Shown: piece by piece, positions 17,062 through 26,001 of the stretch
Layout of the letters: the number at the start of each line of letters is the position of its first letter
Numbering within the stretch: the first letter of the stretch is position 1
Source of the DNA: Chlamydiales bacterium
Lineage (GTDB): Bacteria > Chlamydiota > Chlamydiia > Chlamydiales > SM23-39
Assembly: GCA_965261025.1 (NCBI GenBank)
Contig: OZ253438.1
Span: 300,001 to 332,000 of the forward strand
DNA length: 32,000 bases
Direction of reading: 5' to 3'
The notes under the pieces: generated by a model
Seen by the model: only the letters and a program-made list of their open reading frames with translations
Databases searched by the model: none
What the model was told of the DNA's origin: nothing
Position numbers and translations under genes: made by a program

Positions 17062-18321
17062 TTAAGAAGGGCTCCCTTTGTTTATAATTAGTTTATCTTC
17101 TTGAAATCCTATATCTAAAGAGAGCTTTTCTTCTTTTTGTGTATAGAGCTGAAAACAGCTCATGAACTTACGGAAACGGTTTCTTAAGTATTCTTCTTTT
17201 ACCTGAGGAACAAGATCTTTTTCAGGATATTCGCTGAGAACTTTTGCTACGTATTGATCTTCCAAGTCTTTTGGAAAGACAAACTGAACACTCCAGGGAA
17301 AAAAAAGTCTTTCCTGATGAGTAGAGGGTATAATAGCAATTTCTATTCTATCCTTGATAATATCGACAAAACGCTTAGGAACCCCCTTAGCAAAAAGAGG
17401 AAGGGTTAGTAAGAACATGCCGTTTCTTTTTTCTACAATGGAACTAGTTTTGATTTGAGTTGTCCCGGGATTAAAAGAGCGGGAAAATTTTAGGGGAAAA
17501 AAAAGAGAGATAGGGATAGGGTTTTCTATGGGGATCAGGTTCTTTTTTGTAAAATCAATCCTTAGAGTTTTTGCTTTCGGATCATCTAGGAACAAGGCGG
17601 TTTCTGATAGAGAAGCAACAGAGATCTTTTTCCAAGAACTAGGAACAGGAAAGCTTACTTCATCGGAAAGGGAGTCTGCTTTTTGCTGACTTAGCGACTC
17701 CAAATCAGAAGCAGAAATATCATCCAAGTTGAAGGTAAGCTTTAACCCTTTTGCCTTCAAACGCTTTACAGCCTCTTCAGGGCCTTCTACTGTAAGAAAA
17801 AGATGATAAGGCCAGATATCTAAAAATTGATACCCCTTGGGACAGTCTCCTACAGGCTTAGTTACCAAGACAGGAATTTTTTCAGAAATCAAATTGCTCA
17901 TCTTCACAACAAAATTATGCTGAGAGATATCCGAGATGGAAGAGGCAATATCAAATTGAGAACTTAGGTTAACTAGGTTCTTCTTGGTTATGGGGGCTAT
18001 CCACTCTTTTTGCCTATTTTTTGCGTTGATTACCACTTGAAGGTCTGCTCCAGAAAGGTTTTCTAAAACATTTTGATTTCCTGAAAGAGTAAGGGAAATC
18101 TTACGATTTAAGGTACCGTCTTTTTGTATTCCTTCTATGGTCTTTCCTTTGGGCAAATTTTTTACCTTTACCGAAACATTATGGACCGTTTTTTGGGAAG
18201 ACATAGAGTGGTTTACCACAATCCATACGACGATGGCCAAAACCAAGGATACGAGTTTCCGCTGCCAGTTTTCTACAAAAATTTTCCTTAAAAAAGATCT
18301 CACTGTTTGAGCCACCTCCAA
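17062..18321 (-). CDS. cdaR: YbbR-domain protein (CdaR-like regulator of diadenylate cyclase)
   Basis: N-terminal TM (LVSLVLAIVVWIVVNH) followed by repeated beta-rich YbbR-like modules, immediately downstream of cdaA. The start is either TTG 18321 or GTG 18303; the latter forms a GTGA overlap with the cdaA stop. Confidence 0.75.
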   Translation of the reverse strand: MEVAQTVRSFLRKIFVENWQRKLVSLVLAIVVWIVVNHSMSSQKTVHNVSVKVKNLPKGKTIEGIQKDGTLNRKISLTLSGNQNVLENLSGADLQVVINAKNRQKEWIAPITKKNLVNLSSQFDIASSISDISQHNFVVKMSNLISEKIPVLVTKPVGDCPKGYQFLDIWPYHLFLTVEGPEEAVKRLKAKGLKLTFNLDDISASDLESLSQQKADSLSDEVSFPVPSSWKKISVASLSETALFLDDPKAKTLRIDFTKKNLIPIENPIPISLFFPLKFSRSFNPGTTQIKTSSIVEKRNGMFLLTLPLFAKGVPKRFVDIIKDRIEIAIIPSTHQERLFFPWSVQFVFPKDLEDQYVAKVLSEYPEKDLVPQVKEEYLRNRFRKFMSCFQLYTQKEEKLSLDIGFQEDKLIINKGSPS

Positions 18322-19097
18322 AAGTTGAACCGCTCTTTATTTTTCGCCCTCACAGGGGGGTTGAATATACTGCGGATAATTCCTTTAAAGCGGTCCATTT
18401 TTACCCCTCTTGTAATGATCCCCTCCCTTGCAATAGAAACTTTGCCTGATTCTTCTGAAATAACAATAACTAAAGCGTCTGTTATGTGAGAAAGGCCAAG
18501 TCCTGCCCTATGTCTTGTTCCCATAGATTTAGCAAGTTGGGAGGTATCTTCTGCTAGAGGAAGAATTACCGAAGCAGCCAATAAGGTTTGATCTCGAATA
18601 ATTACAGCTCCATCATGCAGGGGAGTAGAGGGAGCAAACAAAGACTCTAAAAGCTCCGAAGAAAATTGGGCCTTCAAAACAACGGCCTTATTTGCATAAT
18701 CTTCTAAGGAGTCTTCTTTTTCCAGGGCTATCAAAGCCCCAATTCTCTTTTCTGATAGGCGGTAGGTTGAGTTGGCTAGAAGATCTAAAAACTTGTCAAA
18801 TTCTGTAAGTTCTTTGTGTCGTTTTCCTTTCAGACTAAGGCGGGAAAGAGCTACTCGTAGCTCTGGTTGAAAAATAACGATAATGGCAATAACTGCGACG
18901 TTTCCAACAAGAAACATCAGTTTGTGCAAAACAGGTAGCTTGAGCCAGCTGGAAGCGGAAAAAAGGAGTAGAAAAGCGAGAAATCCAAAAACCAAGTCCA
19001 TGGACTTGGTATTCCAAAAAAAAGAGAGTAAATAGTTAAAAATAAGAGCAATTAAGAAAATCTCTACAAAAGGCGTAAAAGAATGGAAAAGATTCAT
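18300..19097 (-). CDS. cdaA: Diadenylate cyclase CdaA/DacA (c-di-AMP synthase)
   Basis: Three N-terminal TM helices then a DAC domain: PLHDGAVIIRDQTLLAA, GTRHRAGLGLS, VIVISEESGKVSIA. Confidence 0.92.
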   Translation of the reverse strand: MNLFHSFTPFVEIFLIALIFNYLLSFFWNTKSMDLVFGFLAFLLLFSASSWLKLPVLHKLMFLVGNVAVIAIIVIFQPELRVALSRLSLKGKRHKELTEFDKFLDLLANSTYRLSEKRIGALIALEKEDSLEDYANKAVVLKAQFSSELLESLFAPSTPLHDGAVIIRDQTLLAASVILPLAEDTSQLAKSMGTRHRAGLGLSHITDALVIVISEESGKVSIAREGIITRGVKMDRFKGIIRSIFNPPVRAKNKERFNFWRWLKQ

Positions 19098-19150
19098 GTT
19101 TCAAAAACCGCTTAGAATGCTTCTTTTCGAGTAAAACATTTTCTCTGGTT

Positions 19151-19179
19151 ATTGTATGAATTCTTATAGTTGCTGGCAA
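19151..19179 (-). promoter_or_regulatory. Candidate sigma-70-type promoter in the cydB-cdaA gap
   Basis: The minus strand reads TTGCCA-N17-TACAAT, about 50 nt upstream of the cdaA ATG. Confidence 0.4.
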
Positions 19180-19197
19180 TAAGTCTGGAGTTTCTTT

Positions 19198-20238
19198 TTA
19201 ATATCCAGAAGAGTCAAAGCGAACCTTTCCTCGAAAAATTCGATAAACTAAGAATCCATATCCCAACACAAGCGGAATACCTAAGGAAACAATGATAAGT
19301 AACACCTTCAGAGTATAGGCAGAAGAAGACGCATTATAGATGGTAAGGTGGTTTTTTGCAGAAAGGGTAGAAGGCATCAAATTAGGAAAAGTCCCCAGGC
19401 CAAATAGGATAAGAAGAGAGAAAATACAGAGAAGAGAAAAAAGAAAAGTTATCCCCTCCCTCCCTTTATAGCTTTGCCATACTATTTGAAAGATGCTTAC
19501 CAAAGATAAAAAAGGAATAAAAAGAAGAATAGGGTCTTTTTGAAAAGGGGCAAACATAAAAGGGGCTTTCAAAAAAGTCAGCAAGGTAGCAAGTAGATAA
19601 GTAAAGAGAAAAAAAGAGACGATAAAAGGGAGCCATTTCTTTAAGGTTTTTTGAAGAGGATTTTCTGTTTTCATAAGGAGATAAGCAATTCCGTGTAAGG
19701 TAAAGACTCCTACGGCAAAAAGGCCCAAAGAAGTGCTATAGAGGGAAAAAAAGTTAGGGAGAGCTTCTGAGACTACTTCAAAATTTTCGTCAATCGGAAG
19801 ACCTTGTACGAAATTGGCAAGTCCCACTCCATATAGAAAGGCTAATATAAGACTGGAAAGGCAAAAGGTGTAGTCCCAAAAAAAACGCCATTTTAGAGAA
19901 GTTTTTTTACTCCGGAATTCAATAGCCGAAGCGCGAAGCATCAAGGCAGCTAAAAGGATCATAACAAGATCATAAAATCCCGATAAAGTAGCTGCATATA
20001 CAGGAGGAAAGCCTGCAAAAAGGGCACCTATGATAATCACGAGCCAAACCTCATTTCCATCCCAGACAGGGCCAATTGAATTGAGAAAAATTCGTCTTTC
20101 CTGATCTTTTTTTGTGAAAGGAAGTAAGATTCCGACTCCCAGATCAAAACCGTCAAGTAAGGTATAGAAAATCATAGAAAGGCCTACGACCAGATACCAC
20201 AAGAGCTGAAGAGTAGATAATGCCACTATCGTTCCCAC
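19198..20238 (-). CDS. cydB: Cytochrome bd ubiquinol oxidase subunit II
   Basis: Polytopic membrane protein with LLDGFDLGVGILLPF and WDGNEVWLV motifs. It overlaps the cydA end. The start is GTG at 20238 or GTG at 20226. Confidence 0.92.
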   Translation of the reverse strand: MGTIVALSTLQLLWYLVVGLSMIFYTLLDGFDLGVGILLPFTKKDQERRIFLNSIGPVWDGNEVWLVIIIGALFAGFPPVYAATLSGFYDLVMILLAALMLRASAIEFRSKKTSLKWRFFWDYTFCLSSLILAFLYGVGLANFVQGLPIDENFEVVSEALPNFFSLYSTSLGLFAVGVFTLHGIAYLLMKTENPLQKTLKKWLPFIVSFFLFTYLLATLLTFLKAPFMFAPFQKDPILLFIPFLSLVSIFQIVWQSYKGREGITFLFSLLCIFSLLILFGLGTFPNLMPSTLSAKNHLTIYNASSSAYTLKVLLIIVSLGIPLVLGYGFLVYRIFRGKVRFDSSGY

Positions 20239-21608
20239 TTCTTATAAGGATCTGAATAAATTTCAGTAGTGTCTATAGCTTCCTCTTTTAAAGACATATC
20301 AGGACCGTGTTTGATTTTCCTGTCTAAAAGTAGGATGAACAAAGAAAAGAGAAGGATGCAGAGGAAACAGAACATAAAAATAGAATTTCTTACCTGAGAA
20401 GCGGAAAGGACAAGGGACACTCCTTCACTAGTTTTTAAAAGTTTGTGTACAATCCAGGGCTGTCTCCCCATCTCGGTAGAAATCCACCCTGCCTGTAGGG
20501 CTATCTGAGGAAGAAATACGGAAAAAATTAGGGCTCTCAAAAGGTATTTGGCTTTTTCTAGCTTTCTTTTTCGATTCAAATACAAGGCATAACAAGTTAA
20601 AAAAAATAACACAACCCAACAAAGAATCATTACATGATATGTCTGGAAAACTACCGCTACATTAGGCCACTCTTCTTTGGGAATTTGATCGAGCCCTGTA
20701 ACAGCAGTAGTTAGGTTTCGATAAGTTAAGAAACTCAAAGCGGAAGGGATCTTTAGGGAATGCACCTTTTGGTTTTTTGCATCTACCCATCCGACTATAG
20801 AAACAGGAGTTTTCGGCTCTGTTTTATAAATCCCCTCAAAAGCAGCAAGTTTTGCCGGTTGATATTTTGCAATAAGTCGGGCGCTAGAGTCTCCTGAAAC
20901 CAGTTGTAGTACAAGGGCAGAAATAGCTATAAAAAGACCTATGCGCATCATGGATCGTGCAGTAGGAAGATATTTTTGCCTTAGAAGATAAAAGGCGCTT
21001 ACACTTACCAAGAAAAAAGCACCCGCTAGCCAGCAGCCTATCAAGACATGACTTAAACGATCTAAAGTAGAGGGATTAAACACCATTTTCCAAAAATCCA
21101 CAACCACAGCTCTTTTTTGTCCTCCTTCTTCTACAATTTTATAACCGGCCGGGGTTTGCATCCAGGAGTTTGCTACCAAAATCCAAACAGCGCTGAAGTG
21201 GGCTCCTAAACAGACCAAAATATTAGCTAGATAATGAAACTTTCTCGAAACGCGGTTCCATCCGAAAAGTAAAATACCTAGAAAACCCGCTTCTAAGAAA
21301 AAAGCAAAAATCCCTTCTGCGGCAAGAGCACTTCCAAAAACATCTCCTACAAAACGAGAATACCTAGCCCAATTAGTACCAAAAGCAAAGGAAAGGACAA
21401 GCCCTGTTGCCACCCCAATGGCAAAAGTAAGCGCAAAGATCTGAATCCAGAACAGGGTCATATCTTTGTACTTGGGATTTTTTGTCTTTAAGTAAAGCCC
21501 TTCCATGATAACTAAAAAAAGAGAGATTCCAATACTTAAAGAAGGGAAAATAAAATGAAAAGAAGCATTTAGGCCAAATTGGATTCTTGAAAGAATAAGA
21601 GCGTCCAT
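20226..21608 (-). CDS. cydA: Cytochrome bd ubiquinol oxidase subunit I (short Q-loop type)
   Basis: N-terminus LSRIQFGLNASFHFIFPSLSIGISL; GWISTEMGRQPW near the C-terminus; 460 aa. Confidence 0.95.
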   Translation of the reverse strand: MDALILSRIQFGLNASFHFIFPSLSIGISLFLVIMEGLYLKTKNPKYKDMTLFWIQIFALTFAIGVATGLVLSFAFGTNWARYSRFVGDVFGSALAAEGIFAFFLEAGFLGILLFGWNRVSRKFHYLANILVCLGAHFSAVWILVANSWMQTPAGYKIVEEGGQKRAVVVDFWKMVFNPSTLDRLSHVLIGCWLAGAFFLVSVSAFYLLRQKYLPTARSMMRIGLFIAISALVLQLVSGDSSARLIAKYQPAKLAAFEGIYKTEPKTPVSIVGWVDAKNQKVHSLKIPSALSFLTYRNLTTAVTGLDQIPKEEWPNVAVVFQTYHVMILCWVVLFFLTCYALYLNRKRKLEKAKYLLRALIFSVFLPQIALQAGWISTEMGRQPWIVHKLLKTSEGVSLVLSASQVRNSIFMFCFLCILLFSLFILLLDRKIKHGPDMSLKEEAIDTTEIYSDPYKKWER

Positions 21609-21677
21609 AAATAGCTATCCAACTCACTTGGTTACGAAAAAAGCCTTATCACCCGCTTTGAAAAGCGGCAAGAGCCC

Positions 21678-21707
21678 ATGCTACGATCTGATTTAGGAAT
21701 TTGTCAA
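21678..21707 (-). promoter_or_regulatory. Candidate sigma-70-type promoter for cydA
   Basis: The minus strand reads TTGACA-N18-TAGCAT, about 70-100 nt upstream of the cydA ATG. Confidence 0.4.
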
Positions 21708-21961
21708 ATGATTTGAAAAGGGGAAATAAGAATTCAAAAAAAATCTATAATTTCTTGAAAAAAAATAGGAAATTCTTCCTAGAATAGCACTCTTTTCTCG
21801 TTGATTTTTAAGGAGTTTATAATAAAGCAAGGGGGATTATATCTTTTCTTCATTTAAGGAAAAAAAATCCTTATGAAGGGGGGGGTCCCATAAAAGAGCT
21901 TCATGGGAAAAAAAAAGATGTGCTATCCTATCTGTCCATAAGGGATTCTTTGGCGCGCTCT

Positions 21962-22402
21962 ATGTCTTTAGACAAAAAAAAACGAAGAGAGATAGTTTTT
22001 CAAATACTTTTTAGCAAGGATATATCCCCCTTAGAAAAGGAGGAGATGATTCCTTTTTTTATGAAGCAGTTGAAGGTAGCAAGATCTTACGTAAAAGAGG
22101 CTATTTGTTATGTAGAGACCTTGTTTTCTTATGTGGAGAAAATCGATTCTTTGATCCAAGAGCATTCTTTGGAATATCCTCTACACAGGATATACCTTGT
22201 GGAGAAAAATATTTTGAGACTAGCCATTTTTGAAATGCTTTATGATCCTTCTGTTTCTGTAAAGCAAGCTGTTATAGAAGCGATTCGACTGAGTAAAAAA
22301 TTTAGCTCGCAAGAAAGCATAAAATTTGTTAACGCTGTCTTAGATGCTATTTGGAAAAGGCACTCACCCTCATGCTCAAAATCAGAAGCAACCAAAGCTT
22401 AA
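21962..22402 (+). CDS. nusB: Transcription antitermination factor NusB
   Basis: KKRREIVFQILFS at the N-terminus and AVIEAIRLSKKFSSQESIKFVNAVLDAI at the C-terminus are typical NusB. I prefer the ATG at 21962 over the GTG at 21920. Confidence 0.85.
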   Translation: MSLDKKKRREIVFQILFSKDISPLEKEEMIPFFMKQLKVARSYVKEAICYVETLFSYVEKIDSLIQEHSLEYPLHRIYLVEKNILRLAIFEMLYDPSVSVKQAVIEAIRLSKKFSSQESIKFVNAVLDAIWKRHSPSCSKSEATKA

Positions 22403-23244
22403 AAGAGTTTTCTACTTTTGAGATAGGGGGAGAGGCTCTTTTTTTTGTGACCGTGTTTTCCCTTAAGCAAATGCAAAAAGCGCTTAGCTGGGCCAAAGAG
22501 GAAAAAATCCCTTTTTTTGTTCTGGGAAAAGGGTCTAATCTTTTGTTTGATGATAAAGGTTTTGAAGGGCTTGTTATTCATAACCGAATAGAGCACTGTT
22601 TTTGGGAAGGAGAAAAAGTAAAGGTAGGGTCTGGATATAGTTTTGCTTTATTAGGAATTCAAAGCGCTAAACGGGGTTTTTCTGGCTTGGAATTTGCTGC
22701 GGGAGTTCCAGGAAGCGTTGGGGGAGCCATATTTATGAATGCAGGAGCGCATAACTCTCAGACGCAAGAAGTTTTGCAGGAGGTTTCTTTTTTGTCACAA
22801 GAAGGGCAAAAAGAGACCTATAAGAGAGAAGAAATGCAATTTTCCTATCGATTTTCTTCTTTCCAAAAAAAAAGAGGAGTAATTTTGGAAGGGGTCTTTG
22901 CACTCAAAAAAGAGGAAGGAGCAAGACAGAGGCAAAGAAATTGGATAGAAAAAAGGATGAAAGAACAACCTTTAAAAGAAAAAAGCGCGGGTTGTATCTT
23001 TAGAAATCCTAAGGAAGGACCTTCCGCTGCTTTTTTGATAGAAACTAGTGGACTAAAAGGTCTTTCTATAGGAAAAGCAAGAATTTCACAAAAACATGCA
23101 AATTTTATTGTCAACGAGGGGGGGGCCTCTTCAGAAGAGGTCCTAGCGTTAATCGCCTTGGTACAAGAAAGAGTAAAACAAGAAAAAAACATCTTTTTAG
23201 AAGCGGAAGTCTGCTATGTCCCTTACCGAAGTATTTCGCGCTGA
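22372..23244 (+). CDS. murB: UDP-N-acetylenolpyruvoylglucosamine reductase
   Basis: Motifs SLKEFSTFEIGGEA, VLGKGSNLLFDDKGFEGLVI, GLEFAAGVPGSVGGAIFMNAGA and AGCIFRNP. The start ATG 22372 overlaps nusB by 31 nt. Confidence 0.92.
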   Translation: MLKIRSNQSLKEFSTFEIGGEALFFVTVFSLKQMQKALSWAKEEKIPFFVLGKGSNLLFDDKGFEGLVIHNRIEHCFWEGEKVKVGSGYSFALLGIQSAKRGFSGLEFAAGVPGSVGGAIFMNAGAHNSQTQEVLQEVSFLSQEGQKETYKREEMQFSYRFSSFQKKRGVILEGVFALKKEEGARQRQRNWIEKRMKEQPLKEKSAGCIFRNPKEGPSAAFLIETSGLKGLSIGKARISQKHANFIVNEGGASSEEVLALIALVQERVKQEKNIFLEAEVCYVPYRSISR

Positions 23245-24043
23245 TCTGCATGTGCATACCCATTTTTCCGATGGGACAGATTCTCCTTCAGAGATTTTAG
23301 AAAAAGCTAAGAAAAAAGGGCTTTCAGGCCTTTCTTTCACAGATCATGATACAACAGAAGTCTATGAACCGTCTCTTTTTTCCCTTGCCAAATCCAAGGA
23401 GATTTCTCTTTTGCCTGGAGTAGAGGTTTCCTCGAAGTGGGAAGAGGAGGAAGTACACATTCTAGGATATGGTTTTGATACGGAGAAGAAGGATTTTCAG
23501 GATTTTTTGCGGCGGATTCGAGAAAAAAGAAAAGAGAGAAATCAGAAGATTTTACAAAATCTTCAAAGACAAGGAATTCAAATTTCTGAGGAAGAACTTT
23601 ATGCTTTTCCCCGGGGAGTAATCGGTAGACCGCATATAGCCCTTTTGTTGCAGCAAAAAGGGGTGGTCTCTTCTTTTCAAGAGGCCTTTGATCTTTATTT
23701 AAAGAAAGGGGCTAGCTGTTTTGTTATGGGAGAAAAAGTACCGGCTTTACAAGCTATTGAACAAATTCAAAAAGCCCACGGGAAGGCCATTTTAGCTCAT
23801 CCCCATTTTTTGAGGGACGCTAAAATGATTCGAGAGCTTTTGAAGCTACCCTTTGATGGAATAGAGTGTTACTATGCCTATTTTTCTCGAGAAAAAGAGA
23901 GAAAATGGCTGGAAATAGCAGAGGAAAAAGGATGGATTTCTACGGGAGGATCTGATTATCATGGTAGCATAAAACCAATGAATGTTTTAGCAAGCTCCTG
24001 GGTAGGATGGGAAACGTTTCAGCGTCTTATGAAAAATGGATAA
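23216..24043 (+). CDS. PHP-domain phosphoesterase (TrpH/YciV-like)
   Basis: N-terminal DLHVHTHFSDGTDSP, FTDHDT, and C-terminal GGSDYHG metal-binding motifs of the PHP family. Confidence 0.85.
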   Translation: MSLTEVFRADLHVHTHFSDGTDSPSEILEKAKKKGLSGLSFTDHDTTEVYEPSLFSLAKSKEISLLPGVEVSSKWEEEEVHILGYGFDTEKKDFQDFLRRIREKRKERNQKILQNLQRQGIQISEEELYAFPRGVIGRPHIALLLQQKGVVSSFQEAFDLYLKKGASCFVMGEKVPALQAIEQIQKAHGKAILAHPHFLRDAKMIRELLKLPFDGIECYYAYFSREKERKWLEIAEEKGWISTGGSDYHGSIKPMNVLASSWVGWETFQRLMKNG

Positions 24044-25197
24044 CGAGGCTTTTATCAAAACAAAGAAGAAGACCCAAGCCTTCATCTTTGGAATTTATTC
24101 GCTTTTGGCAAAAAAAGTTAAAGATTCCTAGCAGGAGTTATCACTCTATTCACGTAGCAGGAACTAATGGGAAAGGATCTACTTGCTACAAAATAAGTAA
24201 CAGCTTAGAGAAATATGGGGGAAAGATAGGTCTTTTTACCTCTCCCCATTTACTCTCTTTTTGTGAAAGGATTCAGGTAAATGGAGTAAATATTTCTGAG
24301 GAAAAAGCGGGAGAGCTTGCTGATTTTTTGCAAAAAGAAGTGGGAGAAACTCTTTTTTCGTTTTCCTTTTTCGAAGAGATTTTTTTGGTGGCTCTTCTTT
24401 ATTTTGCAGAGCAAAACGTAGACTATGTAGTTTGGGAAGCAGGAATAGGGGGAAGATTAGATGTTACTAATACAGTAGAACCTGTCTTATCCATTATTAC
24501 TTCGATAGGGTGGGATCACATGGATATTTTAGGCAATTCTTTAGAGCAAATTGCAAGGGAAAAAGCGGGTATTATTAAAGAGAGGGTTCCTGTAGTTTTA
24601 GGGCCTACCGCTATTAGAAAAACTTGCTTGGAAAAGGCAAAAGAAAAAAGAGCTCCTTTACATCTAGTTACGGGCTCTTTTTCCTTTTTTGATGAGGAAA
24701 ATCAAGAAATTGCCCGAAAGGCTCTTTCTGTTCTTTTTCCTCAAATATCCCCTTCTTTTTTTGCGCAGGAGCTACGAAAAAGGCCTGCTAGTCGTTGGGA
24801 GAAAAGAGAAATAAAAGGAAAAACGCTCTTTTTAGATGGAGCCCATAATGTTTCTGGGTTTGAAAGCCTTAAAAAGATTTTACAAAAGGAGTTTTTCCCT
24901 AAAAAAATAGGGTTAGTTGCTTCTTTTTGCAAAAAAAAACAAGGAAGGGAATCTTTAAAGCAGATTGAGCCTTTTGTGGAAGGGGGCTATTTTGCTCCTT
25001 TTCTGAGCGCAAGAAGTAGCTCTTTGGCAGAGATACGAGAACAAATAAAAGAGTTGGATTTCCCCATGAGATATTTTTCTTCCATAAAGGAAGCGTTTGA
25101 GGAAGCTTTGAAGGCTCATGAAGTGATTTTAGTGACAGGGAGCTTTTTATTTATGGAAGAACTTTATCCTCTTTTTTCACAATCCAAAGAAGACTAG
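24007..25197 (+). CDS. folC: Folylpolyglutamate synthase / dihydrofolate synthase
   Basis: Mur-ligase P-loop HVAGTNGKGST, SPHLLSFCERI and DGAHN; 396 aa. It overlaps the PHP gene by 37 nt. Confidence 0.85.
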   Translation: MGNVSASYEKWITRLLSKQRRRPKPSSLEFIRFWQKKLKIPSRSYHSIHVAGTNGKGSTCYKISNSLEKYGGKIGLFTSPHLLSFCERIQVNGVNISEEKAGELADFLQKEVGETLFSFSFFEEIFLVALLYFAEQNVDYVVWEAGIGGRLDVTNTVEPVLSIITSIGWDHMDILGNSLEQIAREKAGIIKERVPVVLGPTAIRKTCLEKAKEKRAPLHLVTGSFSFFDEENQEIARKALSVLFPQISPSFFAQELRKRPASRWEKREIKGKTLFLDGAHNVSGFESLKKILQKEFFPKKIGLVASFCKKKQGRESLKQIEPFVEGGYFAPFLSARSSSLAEIREQIKELDFPMRYFSSIKEAFEEALKAHEVILVTGSFLFMEELYPLFSQSKED

Positions 25198-25723
25198 GTG
25201 CTTTTGGTTTTTGAAGGGATTTGCAATGAGTGACAGAGAAAAAATGGGGTAAGCTCTTTACAAGGAAAAGGACTTCTTCTTTTTCTCTTTCCCCTTCTTC
25301 ATGTCCTGGATAGAGCATAATACTCAAAGCCCCTTTTGCTCTGAGTAGATGTAAGGCCTTTTTTAGGCTTTTTATTGTAGTTATAGCTCGAGTTGTAACC
25401 ATTTTATCTGACCCAGGGAGATACCCTAAATTGTAGACGATCAAGTGGGGTCTTTTGGATAGAAAAGAAAAATCCTCGTGAGAAGTTTTTAGAAAAAAAA
25501 TTTGCGTAGAATATATTTTTTCAGAAGCTAAGAGAGTTTTGCTATTTTGTAAAGCTTTTTCTTGGATATCTATTCCGTACAAAAGTCCTTTTTTAGAAGG
25601 AAATAAAATTTTTGCTAAGAAGAGAAGATCATGACCATTTCCCAAAGTAGCATCTACAACGCAATCTCCCTTTTTTAGGTGGTTTTTCCAAAGAGCTTTA
25701 GCAAGGTCTAAGTGAGATTTCAT
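25151..25723 (-). CDS. SAM-dependent methyltransferase of the YtqB/MnmM family (putative tRNA/rRNA methylase)
   Basis: VVDATLGNGHD, YGIDIQEKAL, NLGYLPGSDK and LYPGHEEGEREKEEV align closely along the full length with my recollection of Bacillus YtqB. I prefer the ATG at 25723 over the upstream TTG at 25765. Confidence 0.85.
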   Translation of the reverse strand: MKSHLDLAKALWKNHLKKGDCVVDATLGNGHDLLFLAKILFPSKKGLLYGIDIQEKALQNSKTLLASEKIYSTQIFFLKTSHEDFSFLSKRPHLIVYNLGYLPGSDKMVTTRAITTIKSLKKALHLLRAKGALSIMLYPGHEEGEREKEEVLFLVKSLPHFFSVTHCKSLQKPKAPSLLWIVKKEDKVLP

Positions 25724-25779
25724 ATTCTTGTAAAAAGGGGTTTGGAGCCTTCTAAAGAATAGCAAAAAAGCAAAATTTC

Positions 25780-25808
25780 TTGCTGCTTTTCCTAGATTTT
25801 TCTACACT
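25780..25808 (+). promoter_or_regulatory. Candidate promoter for tRNA-Val
   Basis: TTGCTG-N17-TACACT ends 14 nt before the mature tRNA 5' end. Confidence 0.35.
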
Positions 25809-25822
25809 GCCTCGTTTATCTC

Positions 25823-25896
25823 GGGGTATTAGCTCAGTTGGTTAGAGCGCCACGTTGACATCGTGGAGGTCAGCTGTTCGAGTCAGCTATATCCCA
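25823..25896 (+). tRNA. tRNA-Val (anticodon GAC)
   Basis: 74-nt cloverleaf folded by hand. Acceptor GGGGTAT/ATATCCC with one G-U, D arm GCTC-AGTTGGTTA-GAGC, anticodon arm CCACG-TTGACAT-CGTGG, T arm AGCTG-TTCGAGT-CAGCT, discriminator A. No encoded CCA. Confidence 0.93.
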
Positions 25897-26001
25897 AAGG
25901 GAGTTTTTACTTGCATTTGAAGAAAAAAAATCTTAAAATCTTCCATTATTGTGAGGTGTAAAGATTTTGCTATTACGGGGTCGTGAAAGTGGGAAGGTTT
26001 T

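Noticed and set aside
21766-21781. Short inverted repeat TAGGAA-ATTC-TTCCTA in the cydA/nusB intergenic region
   Set aside because: The arms are only 6 bp in an AT-rich spacer, and its position relative to either promoter is unclear. It is compatible with chance.
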